A DNA stretch of 42,721 nt from Octopus bimaculoides. Lineage: Eukaryota. Position 1 is the first letter of the stretch. Each line of letters starts with the position of its first letter. The notes beneath the pieces are model-generated. The model was not told where the DNA came from and did not search any database. It worked only from the letters and a program-made list of their open reading frames with translations. This document shows, piece by piece, positions 32,022 through 42,721 of the stretch. A program made the translations under genes and the position numbers. Location: NCBI RefSeq assembly GCF_001194135.2, contig NC_069000.1:34097584-34140304 (forward strand), written 5' to 3'.

Positions 32022-32425
32022 CTTGTTTACGTGTTTCAGTCAGACTGCGGCTATACTGGGGCACCGAAGAAATCTTTTAGCCGAACGAATGAATCGACCC
32101 TAATACTTATATTTTAAAAGCCTGGTACTTATTGTATCGGTTTTTTTTGTCGAACCGCTAAGTTACAGGGAGATAAACACATCAACACCAATTGTCAATT
32201 GGTATAGGAGGGGGTGGGGGCAAACACACACACACATACACATATACATACACACGTACATACATACACGATGGGTTTCTTTTGGTTTCTGCCTCCAAAC
32301 CCCTCCCTAGGCTTTGGTCAGCACGAGGCTATAGTAGAAGACATCCAAGGTACCATGCAGTGGGACTGAACCCGGAATCGTGTGCTTGGGAAGCAAGCTT
32401 CTTACCACACACTCATGCCTGCACC
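32022..32425 (-). mobile_element. tRNA-derived SINE, family 2 (tRNA head, body, internal CA/TA microsatellite, tail)
   Basis: GGGACTGAACCCGG..GCTTCTTACCACAC is the reverse complement of a B-box/A-box head; paralogous to 39835-40217. Confidence 0.88.
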
Positions 32426-33069
32426 TATGCTTACCTTTTATTCAAGACTAATCGCTATTTACTCCACTAAGAGAAGTTGAAAGTAGTTCTAACGTTTCAA
32501 GTTTGTTTGCTTCATATGCAGAAAAATCGAGGTTTTCTGTTGCTGTTTCTCCTCCAACAGATTTTTATTTTACTCTGTCACAACTTTAATGCAAATTTTG
32601 TCGAATGAATGAGTGAAATTTTCACTTCCTCACTGGGGAATATAGAACTTGGGTGAAACTGATTGCTTGTGCAGATTTCAATGGAAATAGTAGCGAAAGA
32701 GGTAACTGGATCTCAATTCATAGACTGAATTCAGTAATACTTGAAGTTCTCACTTGTATTTATTAAGTTGTTCTTTTAACCCCAAGTTAATAATAATCAA
32801 TAGATGCAAGAACATTTCAGCCGTGACCATCCTGTGTTTTTCCTATATGTTAGGAATCCAGGGCCGTATTATGCATTTTATTTATTTTTTTTCATTTACG
32901 GTAATAGGCTATGGTTTAAAGGAGATTATGGCTGATATTTTAAATTAAGTTCATATTTCGTTAATTACTAAACAATTTCAGTTAGTTTTCCTGGATTATT
33001 CACAAATAGAAAAGGTACTAATTCAAAGTTAGACCAGATATGTATTGAATATACATATATAAAGAAACA

Positions 33070-33265
33070 CAAGGTCTGCACTTTTGGGGAAGAAGCCAAA
33101 TTGATTATATTGACCCCAATGCTCAACTAGTACTTATTTTATCAACCCCAGAAGGATGAAAGGCAAAGTTGATTTTGGCAGAATTTGAACTCAGAACATA
33201 AAGATAAACAAAATGTCACTTAGCATTTTGCTTGTCATGCTAACAGTTCTGCCAGCTTGCCACCT
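33070..33265 (-). mobile_element. SINE family 1
   Basis: GAAGGATGAAAGGCAAAGTTGA..GAATTTGAACTCAGAAC..CTGCCAGCTTGCC. Confidence 0.85.
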
Positions 33266-33397
33266 AACTGCATTTCTGATGTTGAGAGTATCTAACTTGA
33301 TGGAGAACAAATATCCATATTCCATGACATCCATATATCATGGAATTTGGATGCTGGAGATGATGGTTTTGTAAAGCACTGATTTCCAGTTTTCTCA

Positions 33398-33400
<3 letters not shown>

Positions 33401-33436
<36 letters not shown>
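33401..33436. repeat. (AT)18 microsatellite
   Basis: Direct reading. Confidence 0.95.
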
Positions 33437-33439
<3 letters not shown>

Positions 33440-33790
33440 CGGGTGGCACATGAGATGCACCATTTTGAGCGTGGCCGTTGCCAGTACCGCCTGACTGGCT
33501 CCTGTAGGATTTTCGAGCGAGATCGTTGCCAGTGCCCCTGGACTGGCTTGTGCGGGTGGCACATAAAAGACACCATTTCGAGCGTGGCCGTTTTCGTGCG
33601 GGTGACACGTAAAAGCACCCACTACACTCTCTGAGTGGTTGGCGTTAGGAAGGGCATCCAGCTGTAGAAACTCTGCCAAATCAGACTGGAGCCTGGTGTT
33701 GCCATCCGGTTTCACCAGTCCTCAGTCAAATCGTCCAACCCATGCTAGCATGGAAAGCGGACGTTAAACGATGATGATGATGATGATGAC
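33437..33790 (+). mobile_element. Retroposon 3' end with (GAT)n tail (RTE-like LINE/SINE tail, family 4)
   Basis: ..GGCGTTAGGAAGGGCATCC..GAAAGCGGACGTTAAAC(GAT)n; paralogous to 39100-39297 and 42432-42721. The RTE assignment is from recall. Confidence 0.75.
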
Positions 33791-33824
33791 ATATATATTC
33801 TTCACTGCAAAAAATATGCACACA

Positions 33825-33940
33825 CACACAAATTCCATTCACAAGGTACGTACAACCCAGTGCTATAGTAGAAGGTATTGTGTAGTAAGATCAACTTGAA
33901 ACTATGTGATTGCAAAAATAGGTTTCTTAACTGCACAGGT
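33825..33940 (-). mobile_element. SINE family 2 head fragment, diverged
   Basis: AATTCCATTCACAAGG..GCTATAGTAGAAG aligns to 32270-32425. Confidence 0.55.
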
Positions 33941-34019
33941 ATGACTGTACTCCTGATTTACTCCTAATTTTCTCTTCCAGTCATCAGATATACTATTTAG
34001 ACCTTGTTAATGACCTTAG

Positions 34020-34285
34020 AGTGAAGGCATGTGGCTGAGTGATTAGGGGAGTTGCACTCACAACAAAAATGATCATGATTTCAATTTCCAGACTGTGTGG
34101 TACATTGTGTTCTGGAACAAAACACTTCACTTCACATTGCTCCCATCCACTTACATGTAAATGAGTAACCCTGCAACGGACTGGTGTTCCATTCAGGGGA
34201 AATATTGTGATTTCAAATGCATAAATACCATAGAAACTATGTAACTGGCCCTATGAGTCCTAAGACTTGAGACAGTGCTTACTAT
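34020..34285 (+). mobile_element. tRNA-derived CORE-type SINE, family 3, diverged
   Basis: GGCATGTGGCTGAGTG head and ACACTTCACTTCACATTGCTCC..AAATGAGTA body; similar to 40600-40882. Confidence 0.65.
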
Positions 34286-34364
34286 TGCTATAATAACCTT
34301 ATAACATGTTTGGAGTTTTAACTCTTGTTTTTCAACATGACTTTCTTTTTCAAGTGCAACATGT

Positions 34365-34580
34365 AATATTGGTTTCAAATTTTGGCATCAGGCCTGTAAA
34401 TTTTAGGAGATGGGGTAAGTTAATTACATTGGCCCCAGTACTCAGCTGGTTCTTATTTTATTGACATTGAAAGGATGAATAGTAAAATCAGCCTTGGCAG
34501 GATTTGAACTTAGAACATAAAGACACACAAAATGCTGCTAAGCATTTTGCCCTATGTGCTAATGATTCTACCAGCTCACA
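34365..34580 (-). mobile_element. SINE family 1
   Basis: GAAAGGATGAA..GGATTTGAACTTAGAAC..CTACCAGCTCAC. Confidence 0.82.
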
Positions 34581-34666
34581 ATCTTTACAAAATGTAATAT
34601 TGCTATTTGTAGAAATAATGTAGTCTCCATTATTTACTAAATCATCTTCTCTTTTCTGTCTTACAG

Positions 34667-34741
34667 TTCTGTCAGACTTTGTGTAAAATGTCAAGAAAAT
34701 GAAGCTAAATTTGTTATACGCCAAAATGACCCATTTTGCAG
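34667..34741 (+). CDS. CTU2: CTU2 exon (75 nt; CVKC..FCR), phase 2 to 2
   Basis: ttacag| ... |gtaaac. Confidence 0.93.
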
Positions 34742-37700
34742 GTAAACAACTGTTCATATTTATCTACCTATCTCTTTCGTATACTTGCTTATCTCATTCT
34801 TTTATTTCTGACATCTAATTTAATGATGAAACAATTTTTGCTGTCATCTCTAATTCTATAATATCCCAACTATGTCTGTCTATTTATTGTCCCCTTTCAG
34901 AGATTGTTTCCTTACCCACGTGACACACAAGTTCCGATCAAACATTGGTAAATCTAAACTCATCAGAGACAGAGATCAAGTCCTCCTCGCATATTCTGGT
35001 GGACCTTCATCATCAGCGTTACTCCACCTTGTAAAAGATGTAAGGTTGTTTCTATCTTACAACTCAATATAAACAACACTGTTTCTACAGACACATTTAC
35101 TTATAAATTTTAATTTTTCTGCTACCTTACAATTTATTTAAAAAAAAAATTTTTTTTTTTTACTCTAACAGTCTGGATCTAAAACTTGCCTCAGAACATC
35201 AGCCTTGTTAAATATTGGCTTAAGTTACTCAGTAGTTTGATATTATGTGTCTAAATGCTATTCTTGGTGTAAATTAGATAATGTTATTTTCATTAACTGG
35301 TTTGACTGTCATTCAATAATCCAGCTAGTTAGCTAATGCTGATTTTCTACAGCCTAGCATGTTGTAGCTAATACTATTGTCACCAAACAATTCACAATTA
35401 CCTGCTAACCTTCTGCTTGTACATCTAATGATTTCACCCATACAGCAGTATTCTGCTAATGTTACAGAAGTAACATATTTTTCTCCCTTAGCTATTTAGA
35501 ATAATTTTCTTTAAATAAGAAAGTATCTTCCTAGTAAAATTTGTTTCTTTTTCTCACCTTTCTGCCTCATATTACAAGATTAGTTCCTTACATTGACCTC
35601 TGACATTTAACCATTTTTCGTATTTTTTTTAAGGGACTGGAATTGAGCAAATTCAAGAAACTTCGGTTTATTCCAGAAATCGTTTATATTGATGGTAAGT
35701 TAGAAGTCTAAATTTGTGCCCATCATACATATCTTGTCTCTGTATACAACATTGATGTGACAAGATAAGTTTATCATAGTCATCTTGTCTCTGTATTTGA
35801 CAGAGATGTACAAAGATCAGTTTATCGTCGATACCTTGCCTCTATAAGTGATAAGATTAGTTAGCTATTGGTATCTCTTTTCTCTGTTAGCATAACTTAG
35901 CTATGAGTTTTTATACAAAAATGCTATCCTATCTTATGACAGAATGAGACGATTGGATGCACTGATAATTTGGCATGGCTGACTGGACATTCAGCCTGTT
36001 TTGGTGGCAGTACTTGTTGGTGCTGGAGGCAAACATGCACGCACATGCTGAAATATACACAAATAGATAGGAGAAGAAACATTACAATTTGCTAATTGAG
36101 CATGATTGACATACACATGTTTCCTCTCTTCAGACACATAAACAAGGAGAGAGTCAGAAAGAGAGAGAGAGAAGCTTTAAAATATTTGATGTCAAATAAG
36201 TCAACATTGACTCTGTGACACCAAAATGGCTGTGCCAAAATGCCTCACATCCTTTTTATGATATATTTAGGCTACTGGTTACTGTTGAATATGTATGTTT
36301 GTATTGTACAGAGAATGAGACCAACTACATCAATGCATAATACATATTAATTCATGATATCTTAGTGTCATAAAAATACAATTGTAAACTTATCCACTTT
36401 CTGTGCTGTCATGAGTTGGATGTTTCTTCAAAATCTGAGTCAATTCTTATCAGGGACTATGATGATATATTACCATGTGAATGCGTATAACATGGTAATT
36501 GGCTTTAAATAGTTATCTTGCCCTTTGTTTAAGAATGTCAGTCTATCAAAAATTTTGCTTATACCTAAGATGGCATGCTAACATACCCATGGTGCATATT
36601 TACAAGATTTCAGTATCTTGGGCAGGACAATAACACAGCAATAGTGTGGCTACACACAGTAGCAGCACTTTGTCCAGTTAATTAGCATCTTACTGAGCTT
36701 AGATTGTCGTAACTTTCAGTTATCATCTCCGTCACTTCTAGAACAAGTTGTCTTTAAGGTTGTTTATAACTCCAGTTCCTCAAGAGTTAAGCAGATATGA
36801 GATGAACTTCTCTCTGAATAAGGTACCACTAAATTGTAGGTGGTATTTCCAAAAAATCTTTATTAATATTTTTCAATGGCTTTGTTAGAGGAAGAAGGTC
36901 AGTGCCTATAGCCTATGATTGGTGGGAAGAAGTTATCATCACACTGGAGACCTGACTTTAACATAACAAAACGATCTTCACTAAAGACATTGATTGATTG
37001 GGTAGTGTTGTCAAATCTGGTGATGGATTAAGTCTATTATGTACAAAACAGGAATGGTCCCTCCAGTGGGTTTCCACACAGGTTCAGTTTACCAAATTTC
37101 ACTCACCAGGCTTTGGGTAATCCAAAGGTAGAGTAGAAAACAGTAGTCCAATGTATTGTGCTGTGGGATTGAACCAAAATTGCATAGTTGCAAAGTAAAT
37201 GTCTTAAGCAGACAACCATAGCTGCACTTTATTTGTTATTTATATGCTACAGTTAGGTGAAATAAATCCCTGAATCAACTGACCTGTCCAGAGAGAGATG
37301 GAAATATTTCTCTATAAAACCCTGACCCATTATGTGGTGGTTTGAATATCTTATCCCTTGACATTTTTATATACTGAACTTATAATATCCATAGAGCTAT
37401 TGATGACTTACAGTAGGATCTATATCCAAATGAGAAACCTAACATCAAGGCAGTGGACTGAGGAAATCCTTAGAGTGATAGACTAACTACCTTAGTTATG
37501 ATCCTTTATGTTCAGAATTCAGATTCAACCAAGATCAACTTTGTTCTTTCATCCTTCTGGAGTCAATGAAATAGAAGCATTGGAGTCCAAGGTTTGATGT
37601 AATTGACTGTAGGCTGAAATATGTTAGCTAAACATGGTGACTTGGCTGACTATTCATTGATGGACTGTTGTCAAACTATTCCAATTAAAAGAACACCATA

Positions 37701-40700
37701 GCTGAAAGAATGTCTATTGACATGTTAACTGCAAAAAAGACACCCCTCCTTCTTTTCTGACTTAGCAATTTTTGATTAGCATGAGGAAAATAGCAACAAC
37801 TAATTGAAGTATTGTGTTCTTTGAAATGTTACAGTTATTTTTTTAATATTGAAAAATGCTGGAATTTGTTTACAGAAGGAGCAGTTCTTGGTCAGAGTTG
37901 GGTACAACGACAAGAGATTCTGATTCAGATTAAAGAATTCTGCGAACGGATAGGAATGCCATATTACATAACATCTTTAGAACAGGTATTTCCCAATATT
38001 TACTTCTCATTTCAATATATTCTGACTACATGGTTTAGTCAATGAAAATGTGGGTTTGATGTAGTGGCTAAAGTGGCTGTGACATTGAGATAGTGGACTG
38101 CTGGCCTCAAGATCATGAGTTCAGTTCTTACTTTCAGTCAATATACTATTATTATTTAGCAGATCTCTGATCAATGATATCCTAGCCATAACATCCCTTC
38201 TTTTTTAGGCTTATGTAGGTTTACAATTGTTAATATGTTTGTACTTATTTAAGTAAATTCAACTGCTGTTTCTTGCTGATCAAACAATCACTAAACCAAC
38301 TGGCCACATACATTACTCAATTAACTGACACAATATAAAAATGGGATGGTCATTGTTGGAACACCTTTGATCATATATCTCACTGATCAGGATTGAAAAA
38401 TGACAATTTAGAAAACTTTTTAAATCACATTTAGTGCTAGTAACAACAAGAACAACAACAGCAAGTCCTTGGCTTCAATTGTTGATTCAAATTATTGTTC
38501 TTTCAGCTTGTTTGCCTTAAACAAACCCATAACATTGAAGGTTATTTACTGAAGGAATCTAATGATTAACATTTCCAATCTCCTTCATTGCAGCCTTACT
38601 CTGTGATATTTTGTCTTTGGAGTTTTGACTTGCAGTGCAAGGCCTCCATGTTTTAAGGATGGGAAACTTTGATGTTATTTTGAACATGTTGTATAAGTAT
38701 ACTCACAGGTTGGAGTGATCAAACTTTATTGTGTGATGTAAGTTATATATTTGTGTGTGTGTATGCATATATATACACACATTTATATATGTGTATATGC
38801 ACGCACACAGACATTTAATTTTTACTTCAAGCTAAATTATTCCTTTTTCTTCAGGTTTTCTGTTCACCAGAAAATTCTAAGAATAAGCTGAAGCTTTATA
38901 AAAATGGTCAGGGAGAACTCTTACAAGACACTGAATTAGAAGAGAAATTAGTAAATCTTATAAGGAACACTAAAAGTTCTACTTTTAAGGAACAACTTAT
39001 AAGACATTTACGGTAAGTCACCTTATTCTTCATGTCAAGTTCATAGTTGCTAACTATTAACTTTCTGCTTTTGTAAAGAAAATGCACATTACATATTATT
39101 CATTATTATCATTTAACGTTCATTTTCCATGCTGGCATGAGTAGGACGGTTTGACCAGAGTTGGTATCATTAGGGGCCACACCAGGGTCCATTGTCTGTT
39201 CTGACATGGTTTTTTTAATGTTTGGATGCTCTTCTTAACACCAACCACTCCACAGAGTGTACTGGGTGTATTTTATGTGGCACCAGCACCAGTATCAGTT
39301 CTGTTGTGGTGGATGGGTCTTCTTGACTACAGTGGTGCATCAGATATCTTGGTCCTTAGTCATTTCCTTTACAAGGCTCAGTGTCTTGAGATTGACCCAT
39401 CATATGTAAGGAGGGGTTGATTGGCTTTTGTGTGCATGTGTTAAGCAGAGTTGAGAAATTAGGTTGGTATCAAAAGTAGAAGACAATTTCTGCAGAAGAG
39501 ACATCTACACTGGTATAGTGAATTAAACATTATTGGATCATGTATACTGGGTGAAAAAGTACTATAGTTTGGTAGTTAGAAGTTACCTGAGTTGAGGAAG
39601 TGGTTGGGTGAAATCTAAGAATGTTGGACTTCAGGTAAAAGAAGATAGGGTTGAAATCGAACCTATTAAGAAGATGCAATATTGTTTGCACATGCAATGT
39701 TTATATTAAAATGATAATGATCTTGATAACGAAGGTGATGGCAGTGATAATGATGATGACTCTTCTTACATCTGTTTACCAAATTAGCTAGTGTTGCATA
39801 CTTTTCTTTTGAATTTGAATTCTTTTACTTGTTTCAATCATTGGACTGCGGCCATGCTGGAGCACTTCCTCGAAAGGTGTTAGTTGACCAAATTAACACC
39901 AGTACTTTTTTTTTAGGTTTGGTATTTATTCTGTTAATCTCTTTTGTCAAGCCTGAAGTAATGTAACTGAAGCAACACCAGCTGTCAAGCAGTTGGGAAG
40001 GGACAAACAGAGAGAGAGAGAAAGAAAGACACATACACACATGTATACATGTGAAAGGCTTCCACACAATTTCCTTCTACAAAATTCATTCACAAGGCAT
40101 TAGTCAATCTGGGGCTGTAGTAGAAGTCTCTTGCCCAAAGTGCCACACAGCGGGACTGAACCCAAGACCACATGGTTAGGTAACAAGCTTCTTACCACAC
40201 AGCTACACCTGTGCCTATGAAGTTGTGTAAATACTTGTTTTAGATGAGATTAGGTTATCTGATTGAGATAATAAAATACATCTTTCTGTTCTTTGTTTCC
40301 TTTATATATTTTAATCTGAAGAAGAGAATTAGGAGCATCAGACACAGCTATTTTAAAGGTGTTCCTTGACTGGAAGACAGATAAAAATGGGTAAATTTAC
40401 TATGGTTGAGAGTGAGTTTCAATAATTTAAGGCTGGGAGAGAACAGAAGAAGTAGAAAGTGAATTACAGAAGATTGTAGTTCAGGTGCTAAATTTGTGAA
40501 AAGTGTTTAGTTGTGGATGCAGCAGGATAGATTAAAGCAGAGGTGGGTGTATCTAGTATATTTTGGTGCTAGTATTGGTGGTGGTATATAGTCAGCAGTG
40601 TGAAGGTGTGTGGCTTTAGTGGTTAGGGAATTTGGTTCATGACAGTGGGTTCGATATCCCGCAGTATGTTGTGTCCTCAAGTGCAAGACACTTTATTTCA

Positions 40701-42280
40701 TGTTGTTCCAGTCTATTCCACTCAGCTGACAGAAATGAGTTGTACATGTATTGCAAAGGGCCAGCCTTGTCACATTCTGTATCTCACAGAATCTCCCTGA
40801 GAACTACACCAAGTTTATATGTGAACAGGCTGTTCCATTGATTGGATCAACTGGAACTCTTGTTGTAATCAATGGAGTGTCATTTATAGTCAGTAGTAAA
40901 AGCGATAGAGAACAATATGGCTTGATGGTGGAGCAGTGTTTTAGAAAATGACTGAGAGTTTAGATGGCCTCTTTCTATAATTGTCCTCAGAGAATTGCTA
41001 AAAGAAATGAATAAAATTAGGATTTTATTAATTGAATAGTAACTTAACCTCTGAAGGCAGGAATCACTGGATTAAAATGTTGCCTTAAATGATACAACAT
41101 TGTACATTGTATATAATGAAATTATTATATACAGTGCTCAGGTGCACTACAACTTGTCAAAAGTGCGTATAAAGCATATGCAGTAATGTACAAATGTCTG
41201 GAAAGTGAGCAGTGTATGAGTCAGATACATGCTTGCGTGTGTATGGAGGGGAGAAAATCAGGTGTAGTGTTGTTGGTGAATCTCAGGAAATATGGAAGTT
41301 TTGAAGGATGCAGTGCTCCGACAACTAACAACTGATGCTGGCAGTTTGTTCCATACTTCAGCAACTCTTAGCAAGAAAAAGTGTTTCCGAAAGTCATGGG
41401 AGCTGTGCTGTTTTCTGACTTTGTTAACATGTCCACGGGTGTTAGACAGGTGGAGTTTGAAAAGGTGCTCAGAGTTATTGTTAGTAAGATGGTTAATGAT
41501 TTTATGGGCAGCTGCCAGACATCAGAGTTTCAATGTATCCATACCCAGGGAAGTAAGGCATTCAGAATATGGCAAATGCCTGATGGAGGGTATTCTCTTG
41601 GCCGCACGTCGCTGAACGGTTTCCAGATGATTAATATCCTGGGCAAGATAGGTGTTCCAGACTTCAGACACAAATTCCAGGTGAGACCACACCATAGCTA
41701 TAGATAGCCGGAGAGCGGCTCACAAAGGACTTGGTAAGTGATGCCAAGACACCCTCACCCTTCTTGGCAATTTTAGCAAAATCGTTCTCGACAATAATGT
41801 CCAGGTCACATTCACAAGAAGACTTTTTGAGATTAGTGTTGTGGAGGGAGTAAGTAGACACTGGGTTTTTCCTCCCAAAATGCATGGTGGTACATTTGTC
41901 CACAGCCAGCTTGAGTTGCCAGTCCATGATCCATAGGGGTATTTAGTCACTGAAATTTACCTTAATTTAACTGTAAAATCATTTTATCATTGATTGGTTG
42001 GTTAACCCTTTTCTTTTCTGTGAATTCACGTACATGAGTTACTTGGCTATATTTCTTATGGAGGAAATAATGATATAGAATTTATTTCCTATATTTTACT
42101 TCATGAATGTTTATTATTATTATTATTATTATTTTTCTCTCCAGTAATGACTTGTTAGTCAGAATTGCTAGGCTGACTGGAAACAGAATGATAATGGTAG
42201 GAACTGGTGAAAACCGTCTTGCTATTCTGATGTTAGCTGACATAGCTCAAGGAAGAGGTGCTCATATTTCCCTCAATGTG
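34667..42280 (+). CDS. CTU2: Cytoplasmic tRNA 2-thiolation protein 2, partial: join(34667..34741,34901..35039,35634..35694,37876..37985,38855..39012,42145..42280)
   Basis: Six GT-AG exons with compatible phases give SVRLCVKCQENEAKFVIRQNDPFCRDCFLTHVTHKFRSNIGKSKLIRDRDQVLLAYSGGPSSSALLHLVKDGLELSKFKKLRFIPEIVYIDEGAVLGQSW..LIRHLRNDLLVRIARLTGNRMIMVGTGENRLAILMLADIAQGRGAHISLNV. CVKC/FCRDC, the degenerate PP-loop SGGPSS and RLA..GRG are CTU2 hallmarks. Confidence 0.95.
34901..35039 (+). CDS. CTU2: CTU2 exon (139 nt; DCF..AYSGGPSSSALL..KD), phase 2 to 0
   Basis: ctttcag| ... |gtaagg. Confidence 0.96.
35634..35694 (+). CDS. CTU2: CTU2 exon (61 nt; GLELSKFKKLRFIPEIVYID), phase 0 to 1
   Basis: tttttaag| ... 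|gtaagt. Confidence 0.92.
35731..35885. repeat. Small intronic 51-bp tandem repeat (~3 diverged units)
   Basis: ATCTTGTCTC at 35731 and 35782; ACCTTGCCTC at 35833. Confidence 0.65.
37068..37225 (-). mobile_element. SINE family 2 head fragment, diverged
   Basis: ACCAAATTTCACTCACCAGGCTTTGG..GTGGGATTGAACC. Confidence 0.6.
37447..37610 (+). mobile_element. SINE family 1, strongly diverged
   Basis: GATCAACTTTGTTCTTTCATCCTTCTGGAGTCAATGAAA. Confidence 0.6.
37876..37985 (+). CDS. CTU2: CTU2 exon (110 nt; EGAVLGQSW..SLEQ), phase 1 to 0
   Basis: tttacag| ... |gtattt. Confidence 0.92.
38855..39012 (+). CDS. CTU2: CTU2 exon (158 nt; VFCSP..KEQLIRHLR), phase 0 to 2
   Basis: ttcttcag| ... |gtaagt. Confidence 0.9.
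39100..39297 (-). mobile_element. Family 4 (RTE-like) retroposon tail
   Basis: CATTTAACGTTCATTTTCCATGCTGGCATG..CTTCTTAACACCAACCACT is the reverse complement of 33620-33790. Confidence 0.75.
39835..40217 (-). mobile_element. SINE family 2, near full length
   Basis: TCATTGGACTGCGGCCATGCTGG .. GGGACTGAACCC..GCTTCTTACCACACAGC. Confidence 0.85.
40600..40882 (+). mobile_element. tRNA-derived CORE-type SINE, family 3
   Basis: GTGGCTTTAGTGGTTAGG (A-box), GGGTTCGATATCCC (B-box), CORE-like GTGTCC..GCAAGACACTTT. Confidence 0.75.
41110..41935 (-). mobile_element. 5'-truncated CR1/L2-group LINE (C-terminus of RT ORF plus 3' UTR)
   Basis: Minus strand reads DWQLKLAVDKCTTMHFGRKNP..CECDLDIIVEND..AKKGEGVLASL.., typical of CR1 WQxxFNxxKCxxMHxG; frameshifted. 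Confidence 0.88.
42145..42280 (+). CDS. CTU2: CTU2 exon (136 nt; NDLLVRIAR..GRGAHISLNV), phase 2 to 0; the gene continues beyond the window
   Basis: ctctccag| ... |gtgagt. Confidence 0.94.
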
Positions 42281-42431
42281 GTGAGTTTTCTTACTTTATC
42301 TCTATCAAATCTTACTTAGATATGTACTTAGAAGCAGGAGATGCGATGTTATATTGAGAAGAAATCCTGGTGGTCTGTATTCTGCAGTGCTCTGCTAACA
42401 TAATAATTTCAAATTAGTAAACTGTGACAAT

Positions 42432-42721
42432 GTCATCATCATCATCATCATTGTCGTTGTCATCAGTTAATGTCTGTTTTCTGTGCTGGCATAGGTTGGA
42501 TGGTTTGACAGGAGCTAGTAAGGCCAGGGGCTACACCAGGCTCCATTGTCTGTTCTGGTATGGTTTCCATGGCTGTATGCCTTTCCTAACACCAACCACT
42601 ATACAAAATATACTGGGTGCTTTTTATGTGGCACCAGCACCAGTGCTTTTTATGTGGCACCAGCACCAGTGCTTTTTATGTGGCACCAGCACCAGTGCTT
42701 TTTATGTGGCACCAGCACCAG
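42432..42721 (-). mobile_element. Family 4 (RTE-like) tail with (CAT)n and an internal 26-bp tandem expansion; runs off the window
   Basis: Paralogous to 39100-39297. GTGCTTTTTATGTGGCACCAGCACCA at 42617, 42643, 42669 and 42695. Confidence 0.8.

Noticed and set aside
32681-32701. ATGGAAATAGTAGCGAAAGAG|GTAACT as CTU2 exon 1
   Set aside because: Its phase-0 donor is incompatible with the phase-2 exon at 34667; joining gives an early stop.
27940-40882. A-box/B-box sequences as tRNA genes
   Set aside because: They are SINE heads followed by SINE bodies, with no complete cloverleaf.
41292-41707. Two ~108-aa + ORFs
   Set aside because: Antisense to the CR1-like RT remnant.
42197-42230. CTU2 VGTGENRLA differing from the vertebrate GDSCTRLA segment
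   Set aside because: CTU2 is the non-catalytic subunit and, from recall, this segment varies among animals. It cannot be judged without an alignment.

Overview
Eukaryotic, AT-rich draft-assembly DNA with five N gaps. The SINE, L1/Tx1 and CR1 families look like those I recall from Octopus genomes, so the cephalopod assignment is inference. (1) Bases 1 to ~23.3 kb are non-coding: two related, strongly purine/G-skewed degenerate tandem arrays. Array A (1 to ~13.5 kb) has 22-34 bp units, four young VNTR types and ~40 pyrimidine cassettes shaped like ultra-short GT...AG introns. Array B (~14.4-23.3 kb) has 44-bp units and is interrupted by an internally deleted mariner. A 22-bp-stem hairpin lies at the A/B boundary and a poly(A) signal follows B. 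(2) ~25-34.6 kb is a transposon nest: two L1/Tx1 remnants, a MITE and many SINEs whose orientation flips at ~30 kb. (3) 34.7-42.3 kb holds six in-frame exons of CTU2 (cytoplasmic tRNA 2-thiolation protein 2) on the + strand; exon 1 is uncertain and the 3' end is outside the window. CTU2 is the only protein gene I can support. The most unusual signal is the micro-intron-like cassette array in A, whose function is unproven. All alignments and counts were done by eye, with no database search.
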